A stretch of 64,000 bases of DNA from Vicinamibacterales bacterium (lineage in GTDB: Bacteria; Acidobacteriota; Vicinamibacteria; Vicinamibacterales; UBA2999), in contig CBDHFM010000030.1 in assembly GCA_965262505.1 (NCBI GenBank), forward strand, positions 779,244-843,243. The letters run 5' to 3'. Under the pieces are notes generated by a model. The model searched no databases and was not told the DNA's origin. It was given only the letters and a program-made list of their open reading frames with translations. Position 1 is the stretch's first letter. Each line of letters begins with the position of its first letter. Shown one piece after another: positions 29,609 through 40,305 of this stretch. The translations under genes and the position numbers were made by a program.

Positions 29609-31966
29609 CTACGCCTCGCCGGGTCGGGCCATGCGGTAGCCGACCCCGCGCTCGTTGACGATCCAGGCGGGGCGGGCGGCGTCGTCGCCGAGCCGGTGGC
29701 GCAGCCGCTTGACGTAAGCGCGCACGATTTTGGGGGTGGCTTTGCTGCGTCTGCGTCCGGCCCAGACCTGGCGCAGCAGAGCCTCGTGGGTCAGGACCCG
29801 GCCCGCGCCCTGCGCGAGCACGCGCAGCAGCTCGTACTCGGTCGGCGTCAGCGTCACCGGGCGCCCGGCCACGCTGACCCGCCGCCGGTCGTAGTCGATG
29901 GCGAGCTCGCCGAGGACGAAGGGGACGGGGTTCGCCCGCCGGCGCAGGGCCGCCCGGATGCGCGCCGTGAGTTCGGTCGGCGAGAACGGCTTGACCACGT
30001 AGTCGTCGGCGCCGGCCTCCAGTGCCCGCGCGATGGTCTCGTCGCGCCCGTAGCCCGAGATGAAGATGACCGGCAGGTCGGCGAGTTCCGGCACGGTCTG
30101 CATCAGCTCGACGCCGTCGGTCCCGGGCAGCATCAGGTCGAGCAGGACCAGCCGGGGCTTTTCGGTCCGGATGAGGCGCGCCAGCTCCCCGGGGTCGCCG
30201 GTGACCAGCGGGGCGTAGCCCGCCTCCGCCAGCGTGTCGCGAAGATGGCGCAGCGTCTCCGGGTCGTCGTCGACCACGAGGATGGGCACCGCGTCCGGGG
30301 CGTGGCCCGGCGGTCCGGGGCGGGCCGGGGCGGGACGGTCGCTGGCCGCCTCGGCCACCGGGATCGTGAAGGTGAAGCGCGCGCCGAGGCCGAGGCCGCC
30401 GCTCTCGGCCCGGATGCGCCCCCCCTGGGCCTCGACCAGGCCCTTGCAGATGGCGAGGCCCAGCCCGCTGCCGAGGCCGCCCTTCCGGTCCCCGGCGGTG
30501 GTGTATTTACGGAACAGCTGGCCGAGCTGGTCCGGCGCGATGCCCCGGCCCTCGTCGGCGACCGAGACCGCCACATACAGCCCCTCGCGCTCCGCCGCGA
30601 TCCGGATGGGCGCGGAGTCCGGCGCGTGGCGCGCGGCGTTGGCGAGCAGGTTGTTGAGCACCTGCACCAGGCGCTGCCGGTCGGCCATGACCCGGGGCAG
30701 GTCGGGCGGGAGGTCGATGCGGACGGTGTGTCGCCCGCCGCCGCTGATGAATGTGCCGCGGGCCTGGTCCACCAGCGCGGCGAGCTCGGAGGGCTCGGGC
30801 GCGACCGAGAGCGTGCCGGTGTCGATGCGCCCGGCGTCGAGCAGGTCGCCGATCAGGCTGTCCATGCGGTCGGCCTGCTCGTCAATGATGCGGAAGAACT
30901 GCGCCACCTCGGCCGGGCCGACGAGGCGCGCGGTGCGGAGCGCCGTGGCGGCCGAGCCCTTGATCGAGGTCAGCGGCGCGCGCAGCTCGTGGCTCACCAT
31001 GCCCAGGAACTCGGCCCGCATGCGCTCGATTTCCTGCAGCGGCGCCAGGTCCTGCAGGGTGACCACGACCGAGGCGAGCGCGTCGTCCGGGCCGTCCGGG
31101 TCGCGGATCGGGGTGGCGTTGATGAGCGTCGTGACGCGGCGCCCGTCCGGGACCGAGAGCACGACCTCCTCGGCCCGCACCGTCTCGGCGCGGTCCAGCG
31201 CCCGCGCCAGCGGCAGCCGGTCGAGCGCGATCTCGCGCCCGTCGGCGCGCCGGCAGGTGATGACCCCGAGTAGTTGCTCGGCGGACTGGCCGGGGCCGCA
31301 CAGGTCCTGCACGATGCGTGCGGCCTCGCGGTTGAGCGAGACCAGGGCGCCGGTCCGCGCCTCGAACACCACGACGCCGACCGGTGAGGTCTCGATCAGC
31401 GCCTCGAGGTCGGCGCGGGCGCGCCGCTCGGCGCGGTAGGTGCGCGCATTGGCGATCGCGGTGGCGGCCTGCGCGGCGAACAGCACCAGGACCTCCTCGT
31501 CCTCGTCCGTGAACGCCTCGCCGCCCGCCTTCTCGACCAGGTAGAAGTTGCCGACATGGACGCCGCGGTGGCGCATCGGCGTGCCCTGGAAGGTCTTCGA
31601 GGGCAGCCGGTCGTCGGGCGAGAAGCCGAGCGCGCGGACATAGGCGGGTACGTCGGGGATGCGCAGCGGGCCCGGCAGGTCACGGAAGAACTCGAAGAGC
31701 CGCGGCCCGTCGGGCCACTCCATGATGTGCCGGTGCTCGTCCGCGGTGAAGCCCGAGGTGACGAAGTCCTGGGGGGCGCCGGCCTCGTCGATGGTGGCAA
31801 TGGCGCCGTAGCGCGCGCCGGTGAGCGCCCGGGCGCTCTCGACGACTTCGTTCAGCACCATCTCAAGGTCGAGGCTCGCGCTGATGCGCAGGCTCGCCGC
31901 GCTGAGCGCGGAGATGCGAGCGCGCAGCGCCGCGGTCTCGTCCGCCGCCGGCTCGTGATCGGGCAT
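29609..31966 (-). CDS. Hybrid GAF-PAS-HisKA-HATPase-receiver-OmpR wHTH regulator
   Basis: GAF (VVESARALTGARYGAI), PAS, H-box VSHELRAPL, N-box NNLLANA, G-boxes, receiver VVDDD/LLDLMLP/KPF, wHTH LTPTEYELL. Confidence 0.9.
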   Translation of the reverse strand: MPDHEPAADETAALRARISALSAASLRISASLDLEMVLNEVVESARALTGARYGAIATIDEAGAPQDFVTSGFTADEHRHIMEWPDGPRLFEFFRDLPGPLRIPDVPAYVRALGFSPDDRLPSKTFQGTPMRHRGVHVGNFYLVEKAGGEAFTDEDEEVLVLFAAQAATAIANARTYRAERRARADLEALIETSPVGVVVFEARTGALVSLNREAARIVQDLCGPGQSAEQLLGVITCRRADGREIALDRLPLARALDRAETVRAEEVVLSVPDGRRVTTLINATPIRDPDGPDDALASVVVTLQDLAPLQEIERMRAEFLGMVSHELRAPLTSIKGSAATALRTARLVGPAEVAQFFRIIDEQADRMDSLIGDLLDAGRIDTGTLSVAPEPSELAALVDQARGTFISGGGRHTVRIDLPPDLPRVMADRQRLVQVLNNLLANAARHAPDSAPIRIAAEREGLYVAVSVADEGRGIAPDQLGQLFRKYTTAGDRKGGLGSGLGLAICKGLVEAQGGRIRAESGGLGLGARFTFTIPVAEAASDRPAPARPGPPGHAPDAVPILVVDDDPETLRHLRDTLAEAGYAPLVTGDPGELARLIRTEKPRLVLLDLMLPGTDGVELMQTVPELADLPVIFISGYGRDETIARALEAGADDYVVKPFSPTELTARIRAALRRRANPVPFVLGELAIDYDRRRVSVAGRPVTLTPTEYELLRVLAQGAGRVLTHEALLRQVWAGRRRSKATPKIVRAYVKRLRHRLGDDAARPAWIVNERGVGYRMARPGEA

Positions 31967-32067
31967 CCCGTCTCCTCCTTCCGCCCGCCGTCCGCCGGCG
32001 GGTGATTCGGCCCAGGCCGGCGCGCTGCGGTGCTGTTCCTGGAGTCTTACGTCTATTTTCCCTGACG

Positions 32068-32136
32068 ATTCGCGTTATGTTCGCGTAACTTACTCATATA
32101 TGGGCATTATTGTCACACAATATTTGCCATTATTAC
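32068..32136 (+). promoter_or_regulatory. Conserved AT-rich promoter/operator, copy B
   Basis: TATTGTCACACAATA at 32108-32122, between the divergent regulator and the FN3 adhesin gene. Confidence 0.65.
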
Positions 32137-32532
32137 AAGGGCCAATTGTGTACGGACCGCCGGAGACGCCGGGCAGGTCGCGTGGAGGATTCCGGCGGCC
32201 TCGTCCGCCGGAATCGTGCGGTCCGGTCCCGGCGCAGGCCGGGACGTCAGGGAGTGGGAAGACCGAAATGGAGTGTGCTTCAGAACCGGGCGGCATCGCC
32301 GCCGGGACGGAACCGCGGAGCAGGCGGGCGGCCGTCTACCAGGATCGTCCTGCGCCGCCCCCGCCCGACGGACGCGCGTTCCTGTGCCCGGACCCGGCCT
32401 CGACGCCCCAGGGACGACGAACGCCGCAGAGGACGAACGCCGCGGAGATGACGAAGGTGCGACCGGGTTGTGGTTGCCGATACGCCACCAGGCACACGGA
32501 GGAGATTGGACGTGACGCAGATCGCATGCGGG

Positions 32533-34400
32533 ATGATTGGATTTCGGCGCGGCTTGGCGGCGGGATTGATGGCCGCCGGGTTGCTGGCGATAGCGTCGCC
32601 GTCCGCCGCACAGCTGGGTCCGCCCCCTCCGCCGCGCGCAGCTTCCGCGAAGCCGGGCGACCAGAAGATCCTGCTGAATTGGAAGGTGCCGCTTCCGGAG
32701 CACTACGCCGACTGGGACGGCCCGGCGGTCCGTCACTACGAATACCGCGTCAGACCCGAGGGAGGCGTGTTTCCGTCCACCTGGACCCGGATTCCGGAGT
32801 ACACCGGCAGGGTCGGCGGGGGCCTCGACGAACGATACGCCGTCGAGAAGCTGGCCAACGGCACCCCGCTTTCGAACGGCACCTCGTACTTCTTCGAGAT
32901 GCGGTCGGAGAACGCCCGGGGCGAAGGAGAGGCGACCGATGAATTCTCCTCCACCCCGGTAGCCAACACCCCCGCCACTTTCGAGATGACGGACGAGACC
33001 TTCACCAGCGGCCCGAGTGGGATCATCGTCCCGCGCGTGCCGGCCGTGTTGCTCGCCAACTTGGTGGGCGACATCGACGACGCAGAAGGCATCCAAATCG
33101 CCACCGGTCTCGACGATCGCTACACTTGGCAATGGCAGTGGATTCGGGTGAAGGACGGCGTCGAGACGGAGATCCCGCACGCGACGGCGACGGGTGCGCC
33201 GGCGGGCGGATACACGCTGACCCCGGCCGACGTGGGCTCGGAGATCAAGGCCAGGATGCGCTTTCGGGACGACGCCTACAACCAGGAGGAGTGGGTCAGC
33301 CCCCCCACCCCGACGATCCTGCCCGCGGCGCTATGCCGGGCGCCGAACCTCGAGGGCGGCAGGACCCTGCTCGGGTCCGATCAGATCAGACTCGTGCAAT
33401 TGGACCAGGAGGGCCAGAGCCAGTTGCGCGTCGGTTCCGCCCAGGGCTCATTCACCCTGGGGGGCTACGGCTTCAGCGCGGTGTACCACGCGATCGAGGG
33501 GCCCGAAGCCGGGCAGCTGGTGCTCAAGCTGGAGTCGCAGGTGAACGACACCGACCAGCGCCAGCTCGCCTTGCATGTTTGCGAGGAGGTGTATCCGCTC
33601 TACGGGGATGAGATCCAGATCAACCGTTCCCTGCCGTTCACGCCCAGGGACAACTTCCGGTGGCCGAACAGCACCGACTGGTCCGACCTGGTCACGCGCA
33701 CCATCCACCTGAGCCGGGACGCCGCGCCGCCGAGGCTCGCGAGCGTGGTCTTCTCCGAGCCGCCTCGCACCGATTTCAGCCCTTCGCTGTTCATCGCCTT
33801 CGACGAGAAACTGGGCGATCCGGATCCGGTTGTCGCCGATTTCACGGTGGAGGTGGACGGCTCGGCGGTCGAACTGGATGGCGGCGAGTTTCGGACGGCG
33901 CCCGAAGGCATCCGCCTGACTCTGGCCGAGCCCCTGCCAGCCGCCTATTCCAGCTTGACGGTCGCCTATACCCAGGCTGCGGACCATTTCGTCATTCAGG
34001 ACCCTCCGGGCAACAAGACGCCGGACTTCAAGGTGAGCGTGCCCTACCCGCCGCCCCCCCAGCCTCCGCCGCCGCCTCCTCCTCCGCCGCCCACCAACGC
34101 CCCGCCGCTCGCCGTCGACGACGCGGCGCAAACGGCCGAGGACACGCCGGTGACCATCGCCGTCCTCGCCAACGACAGCGACCCCGACGGCGACCCCCTG
34201 ACCGTGGCCGAGGTGTCGGCGCCGGAGCACGGCACGGCGGAGCTGACCGAGACGGGCGCGGTGCGGTACACGCCCGAGCCGAACTTCAACGGAACCGACC
34301 GTTTCACCTACGTGGTGGGCGACGGGTCGGGGCTGACGGCGCAGGCGGCGGTGGACGTGACAGTGCTGCCGGTGAACGACCCGCCCGAGGCGGTCGACGA
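32533..34400 (+). pseudogene. Secreted FN3 / SwmB-like / cadherin-like (Ig) adhesin, truncated by IS
   Basis: Signal peptide, FN3 (YFFEMRSEN), FTVEVDG domain, poly-Pro linker, NAPPLAVDDAAQTAEDTPVTIAVLANDSDPDGD; breaks at the IR at 34401. Confidence 0.8.
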
Positions 34401-35482
34401 GGCGTTGTTGCATGAATCGTCACTAGCCCGCACGATGCCCACCGACAGGATCCTCACCTGCCGATGCGATACGACACTGGTCGGCCGAGGGCGGTCATCC
34501 GATTGAGGATCTCACAGCCGAGAACGGCCTCACTCCCCTGCCCAGCTGGACTCCGGGCGCGAAGGCTATCGCCGATGATGGACTTGTAGCGGAAGAACGC
34601 ATTCTCCACCCGGCCCTGACGATGGTACCCTGACGCCTTCTTCCACTGGCGCCGTCCGAGAGTCTTCACCAACGTGATCGTCCGATCCCGCGCAGGCGAC
34701 CGCGGGCCGTGGCCAGAGACGGTCGCCGTCTTGGCCGGTGGGATGACGACCGTCGCACCCCGCGCCCGCGCCGTTTCGTAGACGGCGACCGTGTCATAGG
34801 CGGCGTCAGCGGTGACGCGCACGATAGGGCCCTCGACCGCGGTGAGCAGATCGAGGGCGGTGGTCGCATCCTCACCCGTCGCCTCGGTCAGCGTGTGGAC
34901 ACGGATCACGCCGGACTGATCGACGCCAAGGTGGAGCTTCCGCCAGCCACGCCGGCCGCGGCCACCGTGTTTCGCGGCGGCCCACTCACCTGCCCCGACG
35001 ATGGACAGCCCCGTGCTGTCAAGCACGAGATGGAGGCCCTCGTCGGTCGGGACCGGCCGCAGACGGCGCCTCAGATGCTGGCTGCGCCGGGAGAGCGTCG
35101 TATAGTCGGGGGCGGAGAGGTCGAGGCGCATCATCCCGAACAGGGCGTGCAGGAACCCTTCGGCCTGGCGCAGCGGGAGATGGTAGAGGAGCCGCAGGGT
35201 CAAGGCGGTCTCGATGGCGAGATCCGAGTACCGCCGCTGCCCACCCCGCCGGCCGCTCCGGCGGGGCGTCCAGGCAGCGATCGCTTCCGAGGACACCCAC
35301 ACCGTCACATCGCCGCGGCGAACGAGGGCCTGATTATAGGCCGCCCAGTTCGCAACGCGGTACTTCGTCTTATACGTGGGATGAACCTTCGACTTCATCC
35401 CTGTAGTGTGACTCCTGCGGTGGGTCCCGAGAAGTGCGGGCCACGCCGCCCTACCCGCGCAGGGCCTTCATGCAACAACGCC
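34401..35482 (-). mobile_element. Complete IS903-like (IS5 family) element, transposase 34454-35398
   Basis: 16-bp IRs ggcgttgttgcatgaa/ttcatgcaacaacgcc; 314-aa DDE ORF (LDSTG, DAAYD, VENAFFRYK); no matching TSD. Confidence 0.93.
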
Positions 35483-35561
35483 CGGTTCTGGGGAGACCGC
35501 GAGCGTGCCCGTGTCGATGCGCCCGGCATCGAGCAGGTCGCCGACGAGGCCGCGCCTGGTG

Positions 35562-35648
35562 CCAGCCGCGTGCTGTTTCTTCTCCCACTCCCACATATTT
35601 CTCGAAACTGCCAATCATGGCAGTGACTAGATGGTGTTGAAAACACTA
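35562..35648 (+). repeat. att-like palindromic junction, copy A
   Basis: ACTGCCA-ATCA-TGGCAGT at 35607-35624, then GACT; the upstream ctcccactcccacatattt tract is shared with copy C. Confidence 0.65.
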
Positions 35649-35719
35649 GCCTGTGTGGCGTTGTCACGCTGACTGACGGCGGCGGGTTGAAGAGATCCTG
35701 CAGCTAGCAATCCGCCCGG

Positions 35720-35838
35720 TCACCGACGACGCGGAGGACGACGCCGGCGAGACCATCGTCATTGACGCCGAGCGCACGAACCCGGCACTCCCGCTCGACG
35801 GCGCGATGTTGCTCGGCCTGCGGCTCACATTGCTCGGT
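35720..35838 (+). pseudogene. Deleted remnant of the Calx-beta-like + anchor module
   Basis: gtcaccgacgacgcggaggacgacgccggcgagaccatcgtcattgacgccgag...ggcgcgatgttgctcggcctg matches 27790-27965 with an internal deletion. Confidence 0.85.
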
Positions 35839-35884
35839 GTTGCAGGCCCGCGCGCCGGACGATCAGGAAGGAATCGATGTGAAC

Positions 35885-38542
35885 ATGTCACGCAGATCAA
35901 CGTTCATCGGGCTCGCCGTCAGCACGCTCATCGCGCTGGCCGTCGCGCTCCCGGCACCGGCGTTCGCCCAGGAAGACCTGACGGCGGAACAATACGACGC
36001 GCTCAGCCGCGCGCTCGACATGTCGATCGAAGACATCCGGGCGCTGGACCTGTCGCCGGAGGCCTTGCAGGTGCTGGTCGACGGATTCACCGAAGAGCTG
36101 GTCGTGGTCGGTTCGCGCGGTCAGCCGCGGACCGTCGCGACATCGCCGGTGCCGGTCGACGTGCTGTTGCCCTCGGATTTCACCAATCAGGGCGTCGTCA
36201 ATCTGCAGGATCAGCTGCGCACGGTCATCCCGTCGTTCAACGTCAACACGCAGCCGATCAGCGACGCCTCCACGGTCGTGCGGCCGGCGATGCTGCGCAA
36301 CCTGGCACCGGACCACACGCTGGTCCTCGTCAACGGCAAACGTCGCCACCGCGCGTCGATCATCGACTGGCACGGCGGCAACGGCGTGGCGCACGGCTCG
36401 CAGGGTCCGGATATCTCCGCCATCCCGGCCATTGCGTTGCGGCAGGTCGAGGTACTGCGCGACGGCGGGGCGGCGCAGTACGGCTCGGACGCCATCGCCG
36501 GGGTGATGAACTTCCAACTCAAGGACGCGGCCTCCGGCGGGAGTGTCGCGTTCAACACCGGCACCTTCCAGGAGGGGGACGGTGAGACGTTGAACGTGAC
36601 CGGTAACGTCGGCCTGCCGCTTGGCGCCACCGGCTTCGCCAACCTCAGCCTGGAGTATGGCCGCTCGAATCCGACCAACCGTAGCGCCCCCCGCAGCGAT
36701 GCCATCGCGCTGCGCGCCGCGGGGAATACGCACGTCCTGTCGGAGACGCCGCAGATCTGGGGCTCGCCGGAGATCGACGACGACCTGAAGCTGTTCGGCA
36801 ACTTCGGCTATACGTGGGCCACCGGCGTGCAGGCGTACGCGCACACCAACTATGCAAGCAAACGGGTGACGGGCGGCTTCTTCTTCCGCAACCCGAATAA
36901 CCGCAGCGGCGTCTTCAGCCTGGACGGCGGCGGCACGCTGCTGGTGGGCGACCGGTTGTGGGCCGAGACGGGGACGCCCGACGCCGGCAATTGTCCGACC
37001 GTGCCCATTGCCGGCAACGTCCCCGACGCCGGCGCGCTGGCGGCGGTCGCGGCGAATCCGAACTGCTTCACGCTCTACGAGCGGTTCCCCGGCGGCTTCA
37101 CGCCCCGCTTCGGGGGCGAGGCGCAGGACATGTCGATCGTGGGGGGCGTCCGCCGCGTGACCGACGCCGGCTTCAACTGGGACGCGAGCGTCTCGGTGGG
37201 CGCGCACGAGACCGACCTCTTCATTCGCGACACGGTCAACGCCTCGCTCGGCTACGACACGCCGACCGCCTTCGAGCTCGGCAGCAACCGGCAGCGCGAG
37301 ATCGGCGTCAACGTCGACGTGTCCTACGCCGCCACGGACATGATCAACGTCGCCGCCGGCGGCGAGTGGCGCGACGAGCAGTACCAGACCACCGCGGGCG
37401 ACCCGACGTCGTGGACGGTCGGCCCGTACGGCCGAGGACAGGGTTTCTCGGCCGGCTCCAACGGCTTCTTCGGCTACGGCCCGCTTGCGGCCGGCACCTG
37501 GAACCGCAACAACGTCGCGGCGTACGCCGACCTCGAAGTTAACGACGTGGAGGCCGCCTGGACCGTCGGCGGTGCGCTGCGGGTCGAGCACTTCGAGGAC
37601 TTCGGTACGACGACCAACGGCAAGGTCTCCGCGCGCGTTGCCTTCCTCCGCGCCAGCGTGAGCAGCGGTTTCCGCGCGCCGACCCCCGGCCAGCAGAACG
37701 GCTTCAATATCTCGACGATCTTCGACCCGGCCCTCGGCGACCTGGTCAACAACGGCGTCATCCCGTCGATCTCACCGGTGGCGGTGCTGCGGGGCGGCGT
37801 GCCGCTCGAGCCCGAGCGCTCCATCAACTACACGGCGGGCGTCGTCTTCGACACCGGGCCGTTCAACTTCAGCGCCGACTACTTCCGCATCGATGTCTCC
37901 GACCGCATCGGCATCACGAGCACCTTCGCGCTGCGGGACGACGAGATCGCCAGCCTGCTGGCGCAGGGGATCGACAGCGCCCGCGACCTCAGGAACTTCC
38001 GGTTTTTCACCAATGCGTTCGACACGGCGTCGCAGGGCATCGACGTGGTCTCGACCTACACGCCGATTGCCCTGCGCGGCAACACCGTGTTCAGTGCGGT
38101 GTTCAACTACACCGACACCGCCGTGACCGACAACGACAAGGGACTGCTGAGCGACCGGCGGCTGGCCGAGTACGCCTATGCGCTGCCGCGCATGCGCTGG
38201 AACGCCGGGGTCACCCAGCGTCTGGGACGGGTGCAGCTCCTCGGCCGCGTGAGCTATTTCGGCGGCTGGTACGACTCGGACAGCGGATTCAGCCAGGTAT
38301 TCCTGCCACAGGGCGGCATTGAGCAGGGGTTCTTCGACGGGCGGCCGATTGTCGACGTGGAAGGGAGCATCGATCTCTACGACGGCACGACACTCGCCAT
38401 CGGCGCCCAGAACCTGTTCGACACCTATCCCCAGGAAAGCGCGCGCGCGATGTCGGTCGGCGAGAAGTACAGCGAGTACACCCCCTGGGGTTTCAACGGC
38501 GCGTACTACTACGCGCGCATCCGCTACGGCTGGGGTCAGTAG
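35885..38542 (+). CDS. TonB-dependent receptor
   Basis: Signal peptide ending AFA-Q, TonB-box-like EELVVVGSR, plug VEVLRDGGAAQYGSDAIAGVMNF, barrel C-terminus YYYARIRYGW. Confidence 0.92.
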   Translation: MSRRSTFIGLAVSTLIALAVALPAPAFAQEDLTAEQYDALSRALDMSIEDIRALDLSPEALQVLVDGFTEELVVVGSRGQPRTVATSPVPVDVLLPSDFTNQGVVNLQDQLRTVIPSFNVNTQPISDASTVVRPAMLRNLAPDHTLVLVNGKRRHRASIIDWHGGNGVAHGSQGPDISAIPAIALRQVEVLRDGGAAQYGSDAIAGVMNFQLKDAASGGSVAFNTGTFQEGDGETLNVTGNVGLPLGATGFANLSLEYGRSNPTNRSAPRSDAIALRAAGNTHVLSETPQIWGSPEIDDDLKLFGNFGYTWATGVQAYAHTNYASKRVTGGFFFRNPNNRSGVFSLDGGGTLLVGDRLWAETGTPDAGNCPTVPIAGNVPDAGALAAVAANPNCFTLYERFPGGFTPRFGGEAQDMSIVGGVRRVTDAGFNWDASVSVGAHETDLFIRDTVNASLGYDTPTAFELGSNRQREIGVNVDVSYAATDMINVAAGGEWRDEQYQTTAGDPTSWTVGPYGRGQGFSAGSNGFFGYGPLAAGTWNRNNVAAYADLEVNDVEAAWTVGGALRVEHFEDFGTTTNGKVSARVAFLRASVSSGFRAPTPGQQNGFNISTIFDPALGDLVNNGVIPSISPVAVLRGGVPLEPERSINYTAGVVFDTGPFNFSADYFRIDVSDRIGITSTFALRDDEIASLLAQGIDSARDLRNFRFFTNAFDTASQGIDVVSTYTPIALRGNTVFSAVFNYTDTAVTDNDKGLLSDRRLAEYAYALPRMRWNAGVTQRLGRVQLLGRVSYFGGWYDSDSGFSQVFLPQGGIEQGFFDGRPIVDVEGSIDLYDGTTLAIGAQNLFDTYPQESARAMSVGEKYSEYTPWGFNGAYYYARIRYGWGQ

Positions 38543-38636
38543 GATTTGCCTCAGGCTTCATGGGTGGCGCGTGCGCAGCGCACGCCCCCCTCCCTGGATC
38601 CGGCGGGACCGATGTCCCAGCCCACTGCTCACCGTC

Positions 38637-38810
38637 GGCATAGCCGAGCGAGCGGATGGAGGCGGGCATGTCGGCCAGCCGCAGCGCGCCATGTAGGGTC
38701 CAGAGATGTTCGAAGCACGGGTACCCGTGCGGCCAGTCCGCCATGTGCCGGCGCTCGTCCGCCGACAGGCCGACGGCGATGCACTCCTGGAGCCGCGATC
38801 GCGCCGTCGT
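38637..38810 (-). pseudogene. Degenerate GAF-domain fragment of the hybrid kinase family
   Basis: GLSADERRHMADWPHG...LRLADMPASIRSLG aligns with GFTADEHRHIMEWPDG...LRIPDVPAYVRALG. Confidence 0.7.
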
Positions 38811-38859
38811 AACGACCTCTCGTGCAAGAGCCGTCAGCCAGCGCCTGGGAAGACACGCC

Positions 38860-39618
38860 ATGAGTCGCCACGTTCCGTGCATCGCCCTTGTGGTCACCAC
38901 CCTCACGGCCTGTGTGCAGACACAGGATACACACAGCCCAGCCGCACAAGCGCTTGCAGACCTCCGCGCCAGCGCCGAGGCGGGCGAGGCCGCGGCGCAG
39001 CGCATCCTTGGCGGCATGTATGTCACCGGCGTCGGTGTGCCGCAAGATGACGCTGAAGCGGTCGCGTGGTACCGCCGCGCCGCCGCGCAGGGCGACGCGC
39101 GCGCGCAGTACAACCTCGGGGCGATGTACGCCGATGGCGTCGGTGTGCCGCAGGATGCCGCCGAAGCGGTCGCGTGGTATCGCCGCGCCGCCGAGCAGGG
39201 CGACGCCGCCGCGCAGAGCAACCTCGGGGCGATGTACGACCAGGGCGTCGGCGTGCCGCCGGATGCCGCCGCGGCCGTGGCGTGGTACCGCCGCGCCGCT
39301 GAACAAGGCCACGTGCGCGCGCAGTACAACCTCGGGGGCATGTATGCCGAGGGCCTCGGCGTGCCACCGGATGACGTCGAGGCCCTCATGTGGTTGACAC
39401 TCGCCGCGACTCGGTCAATTGGCGCGGAGCGTGAGCATAGCGAGACGGTGCGTGCCGCCGTCGCCGCGCGGATGCCGCCGACAGACGTGCGCGAGGCGGA
39501 ACGCCGCGCGCAGGCGTGGCTCGCGGCGCATCCGGACATGAGGGACCGTGCCGCGCCGCCCAGCGACACGGGACGCGCGGGCGTGATTATCGCGCTCGGG
39601 CTCTTGTTCGCCCTGTAA
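38860..39618 (+). CDS. Sel1-repeat protein
   Basis: Four 36-aa repeats (AQYNLGAMYADGVGVPQDAAEAVAWYRRAAEQG); hydrophobic N-terminus with Cys (possible lipoprotein). Confidence 0.92.
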   Translation: MSRHVPCIALVVTTLTACVQTQDTHSPAAQALADLRASAEAGEAAAQRILGGMYVTGVGVPQDDAEAVAWYRRAAAQGDARAQYNLGAMYADGVGVPQDAAEAVAWYRRAAEQGDAAAQSNLGAMYDQGVGVPPDAAAAVAWYRRAAEQGHVRAQYNLGGMYAEGLGVPPDDVEALMWLTLAATRSIGAEREHSETVRAAVAARMPPTDVREAERRAQAWLAAHPDMRDRAAPPSDTGRAGVIIALGLLFAL

Positions 39619-39894
39619 CGGGCGACGACGAGCCGGGCTGCGACACGATCCGGATCTCGAACCCGTGTACGCTGGCCCAGCAACGTCATCGCCGGCGATG
39701 TGCGCATTCACACAGACACGCGCCCGTCCGAGGGCTCGAGGTCTTGCGAGACACGCCAAGGCGGCCTCCTCTCGTGCTGGCGCCGGGGGGCGCGGTCGGC
39801 GTTCGCCGGCGAGGGTCCCGACCAGAGTCGTGCGGCACTACCCGCGAACGGCCCGGCCTGCGGCCTCGTGTTCGTCCCTCCCTATTTCTTTCTT

Positions 39895-39949
39895 CCTTTT
39901 TCGCAAACTGCCAATTCTGGCAGTGACTGAAAGTATTGAAAGCACTACC
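39895..39949 (+). repeat. att-like palindromic junction, copy B
   Basis: ACTGCCA-ATTC-TGGCAGT at 39907-39924, then GACT; the downstream ttgaaagcacta resembles ttgaaaacacta of copy A. Confidence 0.65.
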
Positions 39950-40305
39950 GTAGCCGCGTCTATGTCGCAGCTGTGGACGGGGGCCGGTGGGCAGGTTACA
40001 CAGCGCATGAAGACGAGCCCCCACCCGGCGATCTGCCCGTGGCGACCACCCGCGCCCGCGTTGAGTCTGTGCGCCGTGAGTGGTTCCCGATGATCGGGGG
40101 TTTCGCGCGCGCAGAACCGGCGAGCGCACGACGCACGCTCACCGGCACTGTTCTCCAGTACTCACGGGTCCGAAACACGCCGGCCGGTCAGCCCATCGAA
40201 AGGAGCGTGGCATGAGAAAGAGATTCCTGACGACCACTGGCTTTCGTGGGCGCGCCGCTGCTCTTCGCGGCGTGTGCGATCGCCGGCTCCACTGGAGCCG
40301 ATCGC

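Noticed and set aside
29696-31439. Long antisense and alternate-frame ORFs (e.g. 29696-31273, 28480-29658, 35897-37591, 62426-63682)
   Set aside because: They shadow well-supported genes in GC-rich DNA where stops are rare, and show no recognisable motifs.
34401-34506. Shared C-terminal peptide LLHESSLARTMPTDRILTCRCD on several ORFs
   Set aside because: It is read-through into the antisense strand of the IS903-like end, not a real domain.
23380-39400. Regular repeats (72-bp LRR, 108-bp Sel1, DP linker) as CRISPR arrays
   Set aside because: They are in-frame coding repeats without unique spacers, and there are no cas genes.
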